A stretch of 64,000 nucleotides of DNA from Candidatus Obscuribacterales bacterium (GTDB lineage: Bacteria; Cyanobacteriota; Vampirovibrionia; Obscuribacterales; Obscuribacteraceae). Both the position numbers and the translations under genes were made by a program. The stretch lies in NCBI GenBank assembly GCA_965228855.1, contig CBDDIJ010000003.1:1568001-1632000 (forward strand), read 5' to 3'. This document shows, piece after piece, positions 1 to 9,945 of this stretch. The notes under the pieces are model-generated. The model worked only from the letters and a program-made list of their open reading frames with translations. It did no database searches and was not told the origin of the DNA. Each line of letters begins with the position of its first letter. The stretch's first letter is position 1.

Positions 1-850
1 CTACAGTGTGCTCGAGTCCTCGGTAATACGACTCATCATCGGCTGCCGCCAGCTTCTTCGGCATTGTTCGACCAAGATGTTTATATCCGCCTTCCCAAGA
101 CATGTCATCCCGGTCTCTGCGCCAGTAGGAACTCTTGGGCTGAAGCAAATCCCATGATTTGTCGCGATAGTTCTCGGCAATCTTTTGATTGTTCCAGGCC
201 ACAAGCCAACCGGGTAGCTCCTTGAAATAATAGCTACTGGTAACGAATTTACCGTGCTCGAGCCAGAATGCTTTTCCGGCTCTGCCACCAGGTATAATGG
301 CACTGCGATCTTTGCCGGAAACGGCGAAAATTTTTGCAGTCTCTTCGGACGCAATGAAAAGCTCATCGCCCAACGTCGTCGACTCCAGGTTCGTAGGCGC
401 CCTTCCACCCTGGGTCTTCCCGACCTCAGTGTCAACATGCTCGGAAAAGACTTTGTAATTATTGTCCTCGACTGAATAAACTATGCGCTTGGTCGACTCG
501 TCCCACCAGTCACCACCGATGATACCGTGCTGACCTGGTTGTGCGCCTGTCACAAGAGTGGCGTGCCCAGGTCCGGTTTCAGTGTCGGCGTGCATATAGT
601 GCGCGTTGTTGTAGAAAACGCCTTTATCCATTAAGTAGCGAAACCCACCAGGACCAAAACGCTCTTTAAAGACTCGTGGAAGATCTCCCCTCAGCTGATC
701 TATAGTTATTTGTAAGACCAACTTCACTGGCGTTCCTGTAGCCGGGGCAGAAACTGTCTCAGCCGCGCGCACTTGCACAATGAGGCTGGAACTCCAGAGC
801 ATCGAACTAACGGCGATTAAAAGACCGCGCTTCAGAAGACTTGTTTTCAT
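1..850 (-). CDS. Alkaline phosphatase family protein (PafA/PhoV-like, Thr nucleophile), secreted; 3' end truncated by window edge
   Basis: Not in the ORF track; translated by hand from ATG at 850: MKTSLLKRGLLIAVSSMLWSSSLIVQVRAAE (signal peptide) ... KLVLQITIDQLRGD ... GGFRYLMDKG ... HADTETGPGHATLVTGAQPGQHGIIGGDWWD, which are PafA-family motifs. Confidence 0.9.
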   Translation of the reverse strand, partial: MKTSLLKRGLLIAVSSMLWSSSLIVQVRAAETVSAPATGTPVKLVLQITIDQLRGDLPRVFKERFGPGGFRYLMDKGVFYNNAHYMHADTETGPGHATLVTGAQPGQHGIIGGDWWDESTKRIVYSVEDNNYKVFSEHVDTEVGKTQGGRAPTNLESTTLGDELFIASEETAKIFAVSGKDRSAIIPGGRAGKAFWLEHGKFVTSSYYFKELPGWLVAWNNQKIAENYRDKSWDLLQPKSSYWRRDRDDMSWEGGYKHLGRTMPKKLAAADDESYYRGLEHTV

Positions 851-1010
851 AACATTCCAACATTCGGTGATTCCTCCAGAACTCTACCACGGTAGTTGTT
901 TCCAACCATTAAATCGGCGTTTCGAGAAATCGAACAGGCGAGTCTATTTGAACACCCGCCCGTTTCAGTGTTCTGCGTTAACCTTCGGAACCCGCTCACC
1001 ATGCTACTCT

Positions 1011-2102
1011 CTAAATTTTGAAACGGTCACGAACCCATTCGCGTAATACAGGAAAGTTCTCGCGTACAACATCAGTGTCCTTTCCATGCGCACCCATCAA
1101 GCCGGCAAAAGTTTCTGCGAACGCTTCTTTTGCGCCCGTGAAGCCGGGTTTAGTGTAATACCAGAGACGCTCTTTGACTTCTGCCGGCATTTTATCGACT
1201 TCTTTCTGATACATATCAAGGAAATCCGCAGACTTTGTGAATACGCCGGAACAGTAATCAACCGCATGCCCCATCTCGTGGACAAGCACATTTGTTGTTG
1301 AGGCAGCGTCCCAGACTTCGTCACTCAACTGCGTGGAGTTTGGTATCAACTTTCTTTCGTAGATATAAACGTCTCGGTCATAGCATCGAGCTATGTCTTG
1401 AGCAAGGTGCAGACCGTCAGCGTCGAGTTTGCCCTTCAACATATCCGGCCACTTATCTGTAATATTTGGCGCAATGTTGATAGTGGCGCCGCCTTTGTCG
1501 AGAATCTCGTAAATATTTGGTGGCAAACGATCGACTATGTTAGTCACTGTCTCGATCGTCGCTTCACCCACCGCCGGATGATTAAACTTCGGTGGCACAA
1601 TATAAATGCGATGCTTGAATTCAACATGCCCCGTGCTGGAGACTGCCGGATCAGGCGTCCTCGCCGGCACGAGCGTGGGTTGTTGCGATCCTTCGTACGG
1701 TTTTAAACCGCTGCTGTGATCGATAAACGCGATCATTTGCCCACAAATTTTCGCTATTTTACCGTCGGAATTATTGTTCAAAGTCTGAGCGTACTGCTCC
1801 TTCGCAAGGGCCGGCTCGTTCATCTTCATGTAAGTGTTTGCCAGCTCATAGTGAGCCTGCCAGCATGTTGGCTCCTTTTTGATTATGTATTCGAAAAATT
1901 GCCGAGCCTTTGAATATTGTCCGGCTTTGTAAAACTCGATTCCCTCGGTCAGCAAGGTCTCCGCCTGAGCCGGAGCCCAGAGCATCGCCGCCAACATCAG
2001 TCCTAGAAGCTGACGTTTGTCCAGCCGGGGAAGCGACACATAAATCGACCTGCTCAGGACCGTTGCAGCTTTGAGAACAGGTAGGCAAAACGATGGTTTC
2101 AT
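1011..2102 (-). CDS. Secreted TPR protein with C-terminal zinc metallopeptidase domain (anthrax lethal factor/PPEP-like gluzincin)
   Basis: Signal-like LLGLMLAAMLWAPAQA; TPR helices (GIEFYKAGQYSKA, AHYELANTY); HEMGH (HExxH) plus downstream EAFAE; true start may lie downstream of the listed ATG. Confidence 0.75.
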   Translation of the reverse strand: MKPSFCLPVLKAATVLSRSIYVSLPRLDKRQLLGLMLAAMLWAPAQAETLLTEGIEFYKAGQYSKARQFFEYIIKKEPTCWQAHYELANTYMKMNEPALAKEQYAQTLNNNSDGKIAKICGQMIAFIDHSSGLKPYEGSQQPTLVPARTPDPAVSSTGHVEFKHRIYIVPPKFNHPAVGEATIETVTNIVDRLPPNIYEILDKGGATINIAPNITDKWPDMLKGKLDADGLHLAQDIARCYDRDVYIYERKLIPNSTQLSDEVWDAASTTNVLVHEMGHAVDYCSGVFTKSADFLDMYQKEVDKMPAEVKERLWYYTKPGFTGAKEAFAETFAGLMGAHGKDTDVVRENFPVLREWVRDRFKI

Positions 2103-2201
2103 GAGTCCTCGCGTCGAAAAACTTAACTCCGGCAGCGATTATACAACGCCCGTTTATTTACCTTATTTAAAAGGGGTATAAAAGCTTCGGAGGATTATTT
2201 T

Positions 2202-3386
2202 ATGGCATCAGGGCTAGCCAAACAGTCGCAGCGAATGTTCGCATCGATGCTTGCTGTTTGTCTGCTCACGCTGGCGTTTGAGCCCTATGCGCCTTCCTGG
2301 GGCGCCGAGACTGCCGATGACGAATTAGAATTGAAGCGTGGCGACCTCAACGAGCCGGAATCAATCACCGGAAATCAGGAGACAGTCGCTCCAGATGCCG
2401 AGACTCGCCCATTAGACGGTACAAGCCAGTCGGATAACGCGGGGAGCACAGCGCCTGATCGGCAAAACGGCGATAAGCCCGCCGATACCACCTTTCGCAA
2501 ACCGTTTAACTTGAACGTCCAAACCTCTGTCATGGACGGCAGTGCCGACAGCCATAACTTCCAAGGAGGTGCAAACAGTAGTTTGTTGCGCGGAGCAATA
2601 AACGCTCCGGGCGGCTTGGGCAATCAGACGCCGACATTTGGAGTAAACACAAATCGGCCGAACTTGAAAACCGGAACCAATACGACCACGTTGAACGGTG
2701 GACTGACAGAGACGCAACTACAGCGACTGGCTGCACACGATCTGGTTTTAATCATCGATCAATCTGCCTCGATGAACACACAAGATTGCCCTGTCTCAGG
2801 ACTTGGTCGAGTCGGTGGAACGATCATGGGAATGCTGTTAGGTTCAGCCGGCATGGTGAGCCGATGGCAATGGTGCCGAGACCAGACGATGAATCTGGCG
2901 GAACAAACTCGCTTTGCTTCATCGAAGGGTTTGAGCGTTATTCTTTTTTCGACTAACTTCGAAGTGCACTCTCGAGTTTCAGTGGACGATATTCCAACTA
3001 TCTTCAAACAAGTTGCGCCGCATGGCACCACCAATTTGACAGAGCCACTCAGAATTACAATCAATGATTTCTTTCGCAGACAGACAGAAACGCGAGGTAA
3101 TGTGAAGCCTTTAGCTATCGCGATCATCACAGATGGCTTACCGACAAACGAAGCGAATGTCTGCAAGGTTTTGGTAGATACTACAAATCAGATGCGCAAC
3201 CCGCGAGACATCAAAGTCACCGTTTTTCTAATTGGGAACTCGGCTCTCAACGGACAGGCGTTCGTGAATGAAATCGAGAGAAACCTTCCTAAATACGGAG
3301 CGAAGTTTAATATCGTCAAGTCTGTATCATTCTGGAACCTTATGAAAGTAGGGCTGTCACGAGCCCTTGCCGATGCGCTGGAGTAA
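2202..3386 (+). CDS. Secreted VWA-domain protein
   Basis: RBS GGAGG; signal peptide; low-complexity linker; MIDAS motif LIIDQSASM ... GTTNL ... IITDGLP. Confidence 0.85.
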   Translation: MASGLAKQSQRMFASMLAVCLLTLAFEPYAPSWGAETADDELELKRGDLNEPESITGNQETVAPDAETRPLDGTSQSDNAGSTAPDRQNGDKPADTTFRKPFNLNVQTSVMDGSADSHNFQGGANSSLLRGAINAPGGLGNQTPTFGVNTNRPNLKTGTNTTTLNGGLTETQLQRLAAHDLVLIIDQSASMNTQDCPVSGLGRVGGTIMGMLLGSAGMVSRWQWCRDQTMNLAEQTRFASSKGLSVILFSTNFEVHSRVSVDDIPTIFKQVAPHGTTNLTEPLRITINDFFRRQTETRGNVKPLAIAIITDGLPTNEANVCKVLVDTTNQMRNPRDIKVTVFLIGNSALNGQAFVNEIERNLPKYGAKFNIVKSVSFWNLMKVGLSRALADALE

Positions 3387-3396
3387 GTGATCGAAG

Positions 3397-5226
3397 ATGA
3401 AGAGGAAGTTTCTATCATCGAAAGAAGTTATTCTGCCGTTCGTCGTGCCGGTCATAGTCGAAGTTGTGCTCATTTCTTTCATTCTTATCACCATCCTTGG
3501 TGCCCGCCAGTCTGAAACAGAAATGGACGAGACAATAGCAACAAAGACCTTGATCGATTCAACATTTCACGATGTAACAACGTCTTCGATGCGCCTGCTC
3601 ACAAACGATGACACACAACTGGGTAAAGTGATTCCGGAGATCAAGGACGCTCTTCGGAAAGACAAAGCCGCTCTTCAAACGTCCACTCAGCTTAAAGACC
3701 TTAATGCGCCCAGCACGGGTCAATTCATGAAAGTTCTAGATGAGCTGGCAGAGTCAGTTGAAACCATAGAGGGCAGCCTCAAAGAAGGAAACTCGACAAA
3801 CATCGACTTGGTCATGGGCAAGCTATCGCTTTTGCTGGACCAGGTAAAACAACCCGCTGACGACCTGCACAACAGACTGCAAGATAAGGAAGCCGACCTG
3901 AATAAGCGTCGGGATACTGTTTGGAACAGCATAATCGGCTTACTTATCGCCGCCATGATCACACCGATTTTCGCTGCGGTTTACGCTTTCATTTACGCCG
4001 GCCGCCTTGCTCACAGGATGAACGACTTAAGAGAGAGCGTAGTCACGATCTCTTTAGGCGAGCGCATCCAGCAAAATATTCAGGGTTCCGACGAGTTTAG
4101 TGAATTGCACAGATCTATCCTTGATCTTTCCGTGGTCATGGATAAGGCAAGACAGAAAGAACGAGCAATGATCGACAACGCCGCAGAAATTATTTGCTCA
4201 CTGGATGAGCAGCTAAAAGTTGCTGAAGTTAATCCGGCCGTTGAAGATCGCCTTGGTTACGATCAACAAGAACTTATTGGCATGAATATTCAGACACTCG
4301 TTCATCCTGACGATCGCGAGCTCACATATGAAGAATTGGAGTCAGTCAGGACAAGAGATAGTGGTCACAATTTCGAGGCGCGCTTGAGAACAAGAGACGG
4401 GCAATACATATTCACCGACTGGTCAATAAACTGGTCGCCTGATGACGACTCGATTCTATGTGTAATTCACGACGTCTCAGATAGGAAACGAGCAGAGAAA
4501 CTCAAACAGGACGTCATAGCGATGGTAAGTCACGACCTTCGTGCGCCTTTGACCTCTATCGCAATGGTATTGGATATGGTGATGGAAGGCGCTGCCGGAG
4601 AGCTTAATGACCGCGGAGACCGTCTAGTCAGTCGAGCTCAAATGTCAGTACAGTCACTAATTTCGATGATAAAAGACTTGCTGGATATTGAGCGATATGA
4701 AGCCGGCGGTTTGCAATTGAATTTGGAACAGGCGAGCGCAAAGGATGTAATTCTTCGGTCCATCGATATGGTCAAGCCCGAGGCGGAAAGGAAGAACATA
4801 ATGATTGATGTGATCTGTGATGACACTCTCATCGTTTGCGATCCGGAGCGTGTCAATCGCGTATTGGTCAACCTCATAAACAACGCGATAAAGTTCTCTA
4901 AAAGCGGCAAGATTATTTATGTATCCGGAAAAGTCTTGAAACACCGCAATGAACCAGCCGAAGTAGTGTTCCAAATCATTGACGAAGGTCCTGGAATCCC
5001 GGAAAACAAGATTGACTCAATCTTCGATAAATTCACTCAAGTTGGCACCGGCAGCGAGGGAGAACGCGCCGGTAGCGGATTGGGGCTGGCGATTTGTAAA
5101 GCGCTGGTGGAAGCTCACCGCGGAAAAATCGGAGTGAAGAGCGCTATGGGAGAGGGCACAACATTCTGGTTCAGCCTTCCTCAAGGAATGGATACTATGC
5201 GCACCTCCGGGAGCTTCAGGGTATGA
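3397..5226 (+). CDS. PAS-domain membrane sensor histidine kinase
   Basis: 2 TM, HAMP-like segment, PAS (VHPDDRE, VIHDVSDRK), H-box VSHDLRAPL, N-box NLINNAIKFS, DEGPGI, GSGLGLAI. Confidence 0.95.
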   Translation: MKRKFLSSKEVILPFVVPVIVEVVLISFILITILGARQSETEMDETIATKTLIDSTFHDVTTSSMRLLTNDDTQLGKVIPEIKDALRKDKAALQTSTQLKDLNAPSTGQFMKVLDELAESVETIEGSLKEGNSTNIDLVMGKLSLLLDQVKQPADDLHNRLQDKEADLNKRRDTVWNSIIGLLIAAMITPIFAAVYAFIYAGRLAHRMNDLRESVVTISLGERIQQNIQGSDEFSELHRSILDLSVVMDKARQKERAMIDNAAEIICSLDEQLKVAEVNPAVEDRLGYDQQELIGMNIQTLVHPDDRELTYEELESVRTRDSGHNFEARLRTRDGQYIFTDWSINWSPDDDSILCVIHDVSDRKRAEKLKQDVIAMVSHDLRAPLTSIAMVLDMVMEGAAGELNDRGDRLVSRAQMSVQSLISMIKDLLDIERYEAGGLQLNLEQASAKDVILRSIDMVKPEAERKNIMIDVICDDTLIVCDPERVNRVLVNLINNAIKFSKSGKIIYVSGKVLKHRNEPAEVVFQIIDEGPGIPENKIDSIFDKFTQVGTGSEGERAGSGLGLAICKALVEAHRGKIGVKSAMGEGTTFWFSLPQGMDTMRTSGSFRV

Positions 5227-7271
5227 TGCTTCGGACCCGACCATTAGTGGTATCGCTGGTGATGCTCATTACGCTAGCGTCCGTCGCATTTAGCAGCCTT
5301 CTGCCCGTTGCAGCAGTACCGGCGTCCGGAGTCGATTCGCAAAACTCGCGAGCTCGGCAAACCGACAAACTTTACGAATACCTTGCGCGTTATGCCGCTG
5401 TCGTTTCTCTTACTCATCAGGAGCTCTACGGTCCGCTACTGCCTGCCTCAGAAAAGCTGTGCAAAGACTTTCTCAGCGAAGGGCTGAACGAGCCTTCGAT
5501 CTCCAGCAAAATTAAATGTCCGTCCGGTCTGGACGAAGTCACGCCACTTATTCGTGTGCCGGCGTCCTATGGAAATGTTTGGTCCAGACTGTATCTCGAG
5601 ATATTAGAGACGCGAGCAGTAGCGCGCTCGCACTCTGCAGGCAAGATTGCGGAAGCGCTTGCCGACCACGAAAAGGTTTTAGCGGAGTGCCCGGACTTCA
5701 TCGAAGCCCGGGTCGGATTAGCAAATCACTACAGACTAACAAAGCAATTTGATAAAGCGGTGGCTGAAATTGATAAAGCCATTCAGAAGAACCCGAAGCA
5801 CTCCATTGCCTGGACAACAAAAGCAATGATATACGAGGATCTGCGCAACTACGCCATGCAACGAGAAGCGCTTGCAGAGTCATACAAGATTAGCGCGGCG
5901 GAGGAGCGCGAGATAAATTCGTTCATGAATGCACCGACTAGACATAACGAGGATCTCGACCCCAAGCATGCTCTGCGTCTGATCAAATTTCGACCAAGAA
6001 ACGCTAACGCTATCGCTACTTATGCGGAGAGCATCAATCCACCGAGGACGCATGATGCTTTCAAATATGCGACCATAGCCGTGAATCTAGACCCATCCGG
6101 CGAACTGGTTAGAAAAATTCGCGCGGACATAAACTTGGACCTCGGTAACTTTGTCGATGCCGCTACTGATGCCACCATTCCCATAAAGCTTGCACCTGAA
6201 CTTCTGGATGCGCGCATTACACGCGGTTTAGCCTATCTAAATATGAACAAACTGAACGAGGCTCTTGCGGATCTGGACTTCGTTATTGAGCGACAACCTA
6301 ACTTCACAGATGCATACAACTATCGAGCTGTTATCCTTCTCTCGACAGGTCAACCAAGAAAAGCATTAGCGGATGCGAAGAAAGCTGTTACGCTGGAGCC
6401 CGAATATCCGCTCGCATACAGCTACCTCGGAGCCAGTTACTCCCGCCTCGGCATGATCAGCAATGCTAAACAAGCATTTGAAACGGCCGTGCGCCTTGAG
6501 CGAAAATTTCGAGGTTACGCTACTAGCCCATCACGATTCAATCTCGGCAGTTGCTATCTCAAGATGAAACAACCCGAGCTTGCAAACCGCGAATTCGATC
6601 AGGCATTGCTCGCTGATCCACTTGCCCCGAAGAAGATGTTCGAGCGGTGCTGCTCTGCGGCTCAACTTGGTTGTCGTGATGCAGAACTAAAAACGGCTTT
6701 AGCAACAGGTGTTCTTCCAAAACAACCTTTAGTGGATCTGGAAAAGATTAAGGACAGCCTCACACTTTTCACGCGTTTTTCTACACTAAATTCGCGATCC
6801 AATGACATTCGTTTCGAGAAGGCTTTCAGCGCTCTTTGCATAAATGATACCGAGACTGCGCTCACTGAGTTCAAGTCCCTGCTGCAGCTTGACCGCAACA
6901 GCCGCTACCGTAGTTTTGAAACTCCTCTGTTGATTCTTTCTCTCGAACGCAATAATCATCTGACCGAGGATGCAAAAGTCGAGGTCCGGAGGACACTAAA
7001 TGCAGGTCCGCGAGGAAACGGAGATCGTGCGATGGTATCACTCTGTCGTTTTCTGCTGGGAGAAGCCAGCGAGTCTCAAGTTCTCAATGATGCGCATAGC
7101 GTAGCCGACAGAACTAGAGTTCACGTTTTCCTCGCGTTTCACTATCTGAGCACCGGCGATCGAGCCAGAGCAAAACAACATCTTGAATGGGCAATTTTTC
7201 AGGGTGATCGAAGTTCGCCGGAGTTCATACTCGCTTTAACTGAATTGCAGCGCTTCTGCGGAAGAAGCTAG
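5223..7271 (+). CDS. Secreted tetratricopeptide repeat protein
   Basis: Signal peptide; many TPR units (RGLAYLNMNKLNEALADL, AYNYRAVILL); NlpI-like C-terminus; 4-nt overlap with the upstream kinase. Confidence 0.85.
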   Translation: MMLRTRPLVVSLVMLITLASVAFSSLLPVAAVPASGVDSQNSRARQTDKLYEYLARYAAVVSLTHQELYGPLLPASEKLCKDFLSEGLNEPSISSKIKCPSGLDEVTPLIRVPASYGNVWSRLYLEILETRAVARSHSAGKIAEALADHEKVLAECPDFIEARVGLANHYRLTKQFDKAVAEIDKAIQKNPKHSIAWTTKAMIYEDLRNYAMQREALAESYKISAAEEREINSFMNAPTRHNEDLDPKHALRLIKFRPRNANAIATYAESINPPRTHDAFKYATIAVNLDPSGELVRKIRADINLDLGNFVDAATDATIPIKLAPELLDARITRGLAYLNMNKLNEALADLDFVIERQPNFTDAYNYRAVILLSTGQPRKALADAKKAVTLEPEYPLAYSYLGASYSRLGMISNAKQAFETAVRLERKFRGYATSPSRFNLGSCYLKMKQPELANREFDQALLADPLAPKKMFERCCSAAQLGCRDAELKTALATGVLPKQPLVDLEKIKDSLTLFTRFSTLNSRSNDIRFEKAFSALCINDTETALTEFKSLLQLDRNSRYRSFETPLLILSLERNNHLTEDAKVEVRRTLNAGPRGNGDRAMVSLCRFLLGEASESQVLNDAHSVADRTRVHVFLAFHYLSTGDRARAKQHLEWAIFQGDRSSPEFILALTELQRFCGRS

Positions 7272-7287
7272 GATTAAAACCGACTGT

Positions 7288-7821
7288 CTACCACCCTATC
7301 CAGCACCAGAGATTTTTTTCCAACTCAATCTCATCGCGGATATCAATGCCATAGTTCCCGACTAATGGAATCGATGGCTTGAGTTTTCGACTTTCATCTA
7401 TCGCGTTTAGATGCACTGCGCAGATCACGTACCCTCTGCGCTGATAGAATCTCAGTCCATCAAGGTTATCGTTGGTTGTGATCATCCACATCCTACCGCA
7501 TGCTTGTTTTCGCGCTTCTTCTTCCACAGCATCAATTAGAGCAGTACCGACTCCAGCCCATTGAGCGAACGAATCAAGCGTAATCAGTTCACACTCGGAG
7601 TCGTGAACATAATAAGTCGCGACACCAACTGTGACACCATCCCTGACTGCCAAAAATCCGGGCAGCTTCCATGGTTCATACGAAATGCCTCGACTGACCA
7701 CGAAGCGTCCATTCCAAATCTCCTGAACCCGACTCTTCAACCACTCTCGATGCTGTTCTTCGATCGGTCTGATCTCGATATCGGTGCGAACAGTCGGTTT
7801 CTGCTTCTGCATCTGCATCAT
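7288..7821 (-). CDS. GNAT family N-acetyltransferase
   Basis: QWAGVGTALI (motif A), ITTNDNLDGLRFYQRRGY (motif B). Confidence 0.92.
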   Translation of the reverse strand: MMQMQKQKPTVRTDIEIRPIEEQHREWLKSRVQEIWNGRFVVSRGISYEPWKLPGFLAVRDGVTVGVATYYVHDSECELITLDSFAQWAGVGTALIDAVEEEARKQACGRMWMITTNDNLDGLRFYQRRGYVICAVHLNAIDESRKLKPSIPLVGNYGIDIRDEIELEKNLWCWIGW

Positions 7822-8105
7822 GGCTAACTTCCTTCTCTAAGCGGCGACTGGCTCGGAACAGTCCAATTCGGCCCGCGAATGCAAGAGCGCACGCGAGTCC
7901 GACGGCTTCGCCATCGACTTCCCTTTACCGAAGGTTTCCAATGCTAGTATCCCACAAAATGACCGCTAATACAACTTCTAAGCTAGCGGTCCTGTCGTTC
8001 CCGCTCCGCATGCCTTTACGACTACAGCTGGTTCGTAGGACTCGGAATTTCATCCATCCTGCACTTTGTACAGCAGCGGTGACCGGCACTAATGGTGGTA
8101 CCAGT

Positions 8106-9752
8106 TCAAAGCTGTGACTTAATCTCAGTATTAAGCCGATTATAAATCGAACTTCCAGGATTCAGCATCATGACGCCCTCTTCCTCACGTCCTCCATACA
8201 CCATGCCAACAAGAAATCCTCGTTCATCTAAAACTGGAGAGCCGCTTAACGCTCCCAATCTGATTGCCCTGTCCATCTTAATGACGATATGACCCGGTGC
8301 GGTGGTCTTCACAGTCGCGGTAAACGGATGAACTTTTCTGTCACCACCGACTAATGAAGTAGCGGCCGCGCGCTCGTTCGTGAATAGAAAAACGGGCGTA
8401 CCAACAGCAGGAACACTCTCGCGTAGTTTAAGCGGTTGAAGTTTGCATTTTGCTGAAGCCTTCAGTGCAAGCAAATCACCGCGCAAATCACCCGAATTTG
8501 ACCTGGAAAGGTCGCCCGACAGAAGAAGGGGCTTGGTTCCGATTCCGAGCAATTTCCCAGTTTTGAAATCGCGAATCTCAACTCTTACCAACTGAGACTG
8601 ACAGTCTTGCGCAGTGAGCTGTCTAAGGAAACCGGTTGACGGTCCAACCAGATGCAGGGGTGTAACGAAAACGGACTTGCCAGTCTTCAAATAAACGCTA
8701 AATATCTTTCCACCAGTGAACTTTTGTCCGTCCTTAAGGTAGAACGTTGGCTCTCCCACGGCGTTCCCGACGTCTGGAGCAATAATATTCGAACTTGCTT
8801 TTCTTGCAGACCTAGAGTGACTAGGTTCTGCAATTGGCTTGGCAGCTGCAGATCCACAGTTAGTAAGAACGGACGCGAAGACCAAAATCGCGGCTAGAGC
8901 GCTCAGCAAATACTTGGGACCTGGCTGTTCAATAGCCCGCGCGGCAACCGCAACACCCGCGCGAGCCGCGTCAACAAATCCAACTCCGCCACTGAGCCTG
9001 GCTAAAACGCTACCACAAAATGTATCGCCGGCCCCTGTAGGGTCTAATTCTTCCGCGTGAACAGCTAACACCGTTTCAGTAGATTCTGGCTGGTAAACTT
9101 TTACTCCGTTTTCTCCATCAGTCACAAAGCAAGCACCATGCTGGTTTACGAATGCTTTGGGAACATCAGAGTTGTTTCCAAACAAAAGATCGGCCTCATT
9201 TCGATTCATAAAGAAGACGTCGCAGTCACGTATCAACTGCTCTACGCCAGCTTTGTCGGATGAAATTGCACGCGCATAGGTTCCTGCAGAGATTTTGTAA
9301 AACCCTTGCGCGCCATCACCAGCGGTTTCACTAAAAAACTTGCAGAAGTCATTCTGCTTTTGAACCGAACTGAGCGCAGCAATGTGCACAATGTCAAAAT
9401 CAAAGTCTCTGACTTCCGGCAGGCAATCAGGAACCAATAAATCTTCGGCGCCCCAATCTGCGGAAACAAGCGTTGCTCGCCCACCGCCGTGATGAACTAT
9501 CTCCAGCCTGGGCATTTCTTCGATAGCGCAATGAGGACCGAGCCAGGTTAGCTTTGCTTCAATGGTCCGGAGCTTTTCAGGCATCGGATCCGGTCTCGGA
9601 GCATAAAGAACAACGTCAGCTCCCTGATGCACGGCCGCCAGAGCAGTGTACAGCCCAGCACCACCCACGGTTTCAAAACTGTCGACACGACCATCCCGCT
9701 CTAATCGCAAGATATCGAATGAAACGCAACCGACTACCAGAATACTTCCCAT
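8106..9752 (-). CDS. PfkB family carbohydrate kinase fused to a C-terminal trypsin-like serine protease domain
   Basis: GGAGLYTA, NRNEA, VTDGENG, DPTGAGDTFCG (PfkB); then a hydrophobic segment and TPLHLV / DLLAL / GALSGSPVLD (His-Asp-Ser triad). ATG at 9752 preceded by GGTGGAG. Confidence 0.8.
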   Translation of the reverse strand: MGSILVVGCVSFDILRLERDGRVDSFETVGGAGLYTALAAVHQGADVVLYAPRPDPMPEKLRTIEAKLTWLGPHCAIEEMPRLEIVHHGGGRATLVSADWGAEDLLVPDCLPEVRDFDFDIVHIAALSSVQKQNDFCKFFSETAGDGAQGFYKISAGTYARAISSDKAGVEQLIRDCDVFFMNRNEADLLFGNNSDVPKAFVNQHGACFVTDGENGVKVYQPESTETVLAVHAEELDPTGAGDTFCGSVLARLSGGVGFVDAARAGVAVAARAIEQPGPKYLLSALAAILVFASVLTNCGSAAAKPIAEPSHSRSARKASSNIIAPDVGNAVGEPTFYLKDGQKFTGGKIFSVYLKTGKSVFVTPLHLVGPSTGFLRQLTAQDCQSQLVRVEIRDFKTGKLLGIGTKPLLLSGDLSRSNSGDLRGDLLALKASAKCKLQPLKLRESVPAVGTPVFLFTNERAAATSLVGGDRKVHPFTATVKTTAPGHIVIKMDRAIRLGALSGSPVLDERGFLVGMVYGGREEEGVMMLNPGSSIYNRLNTEIKSQL

Positions 9753-9945
9753 CAACTCCACCACGGACAACCGATGATTATTTTGACATGCCGCGCGACA
9801 TATGGAAGGGCGATTCGCTCAATGGCAAGAAATTGTCGGCTAATTGTCAAATACCATTTGAACCAGGAAAAGCAACACCGCTTCAAGAAAAGTTGACCTT
9901 GGGCGGATTACAGCTTATAACTGTTAGATTCTAACGGACCAAACC

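Noticed and set aside
1..438. ORF-track 145-aa minus-strand ORF (and 254..475 +, 780..1046 +)
   Set aside because: Wrong-frame or antisense shadows of the real alkaline phosphatase frame starting at 850
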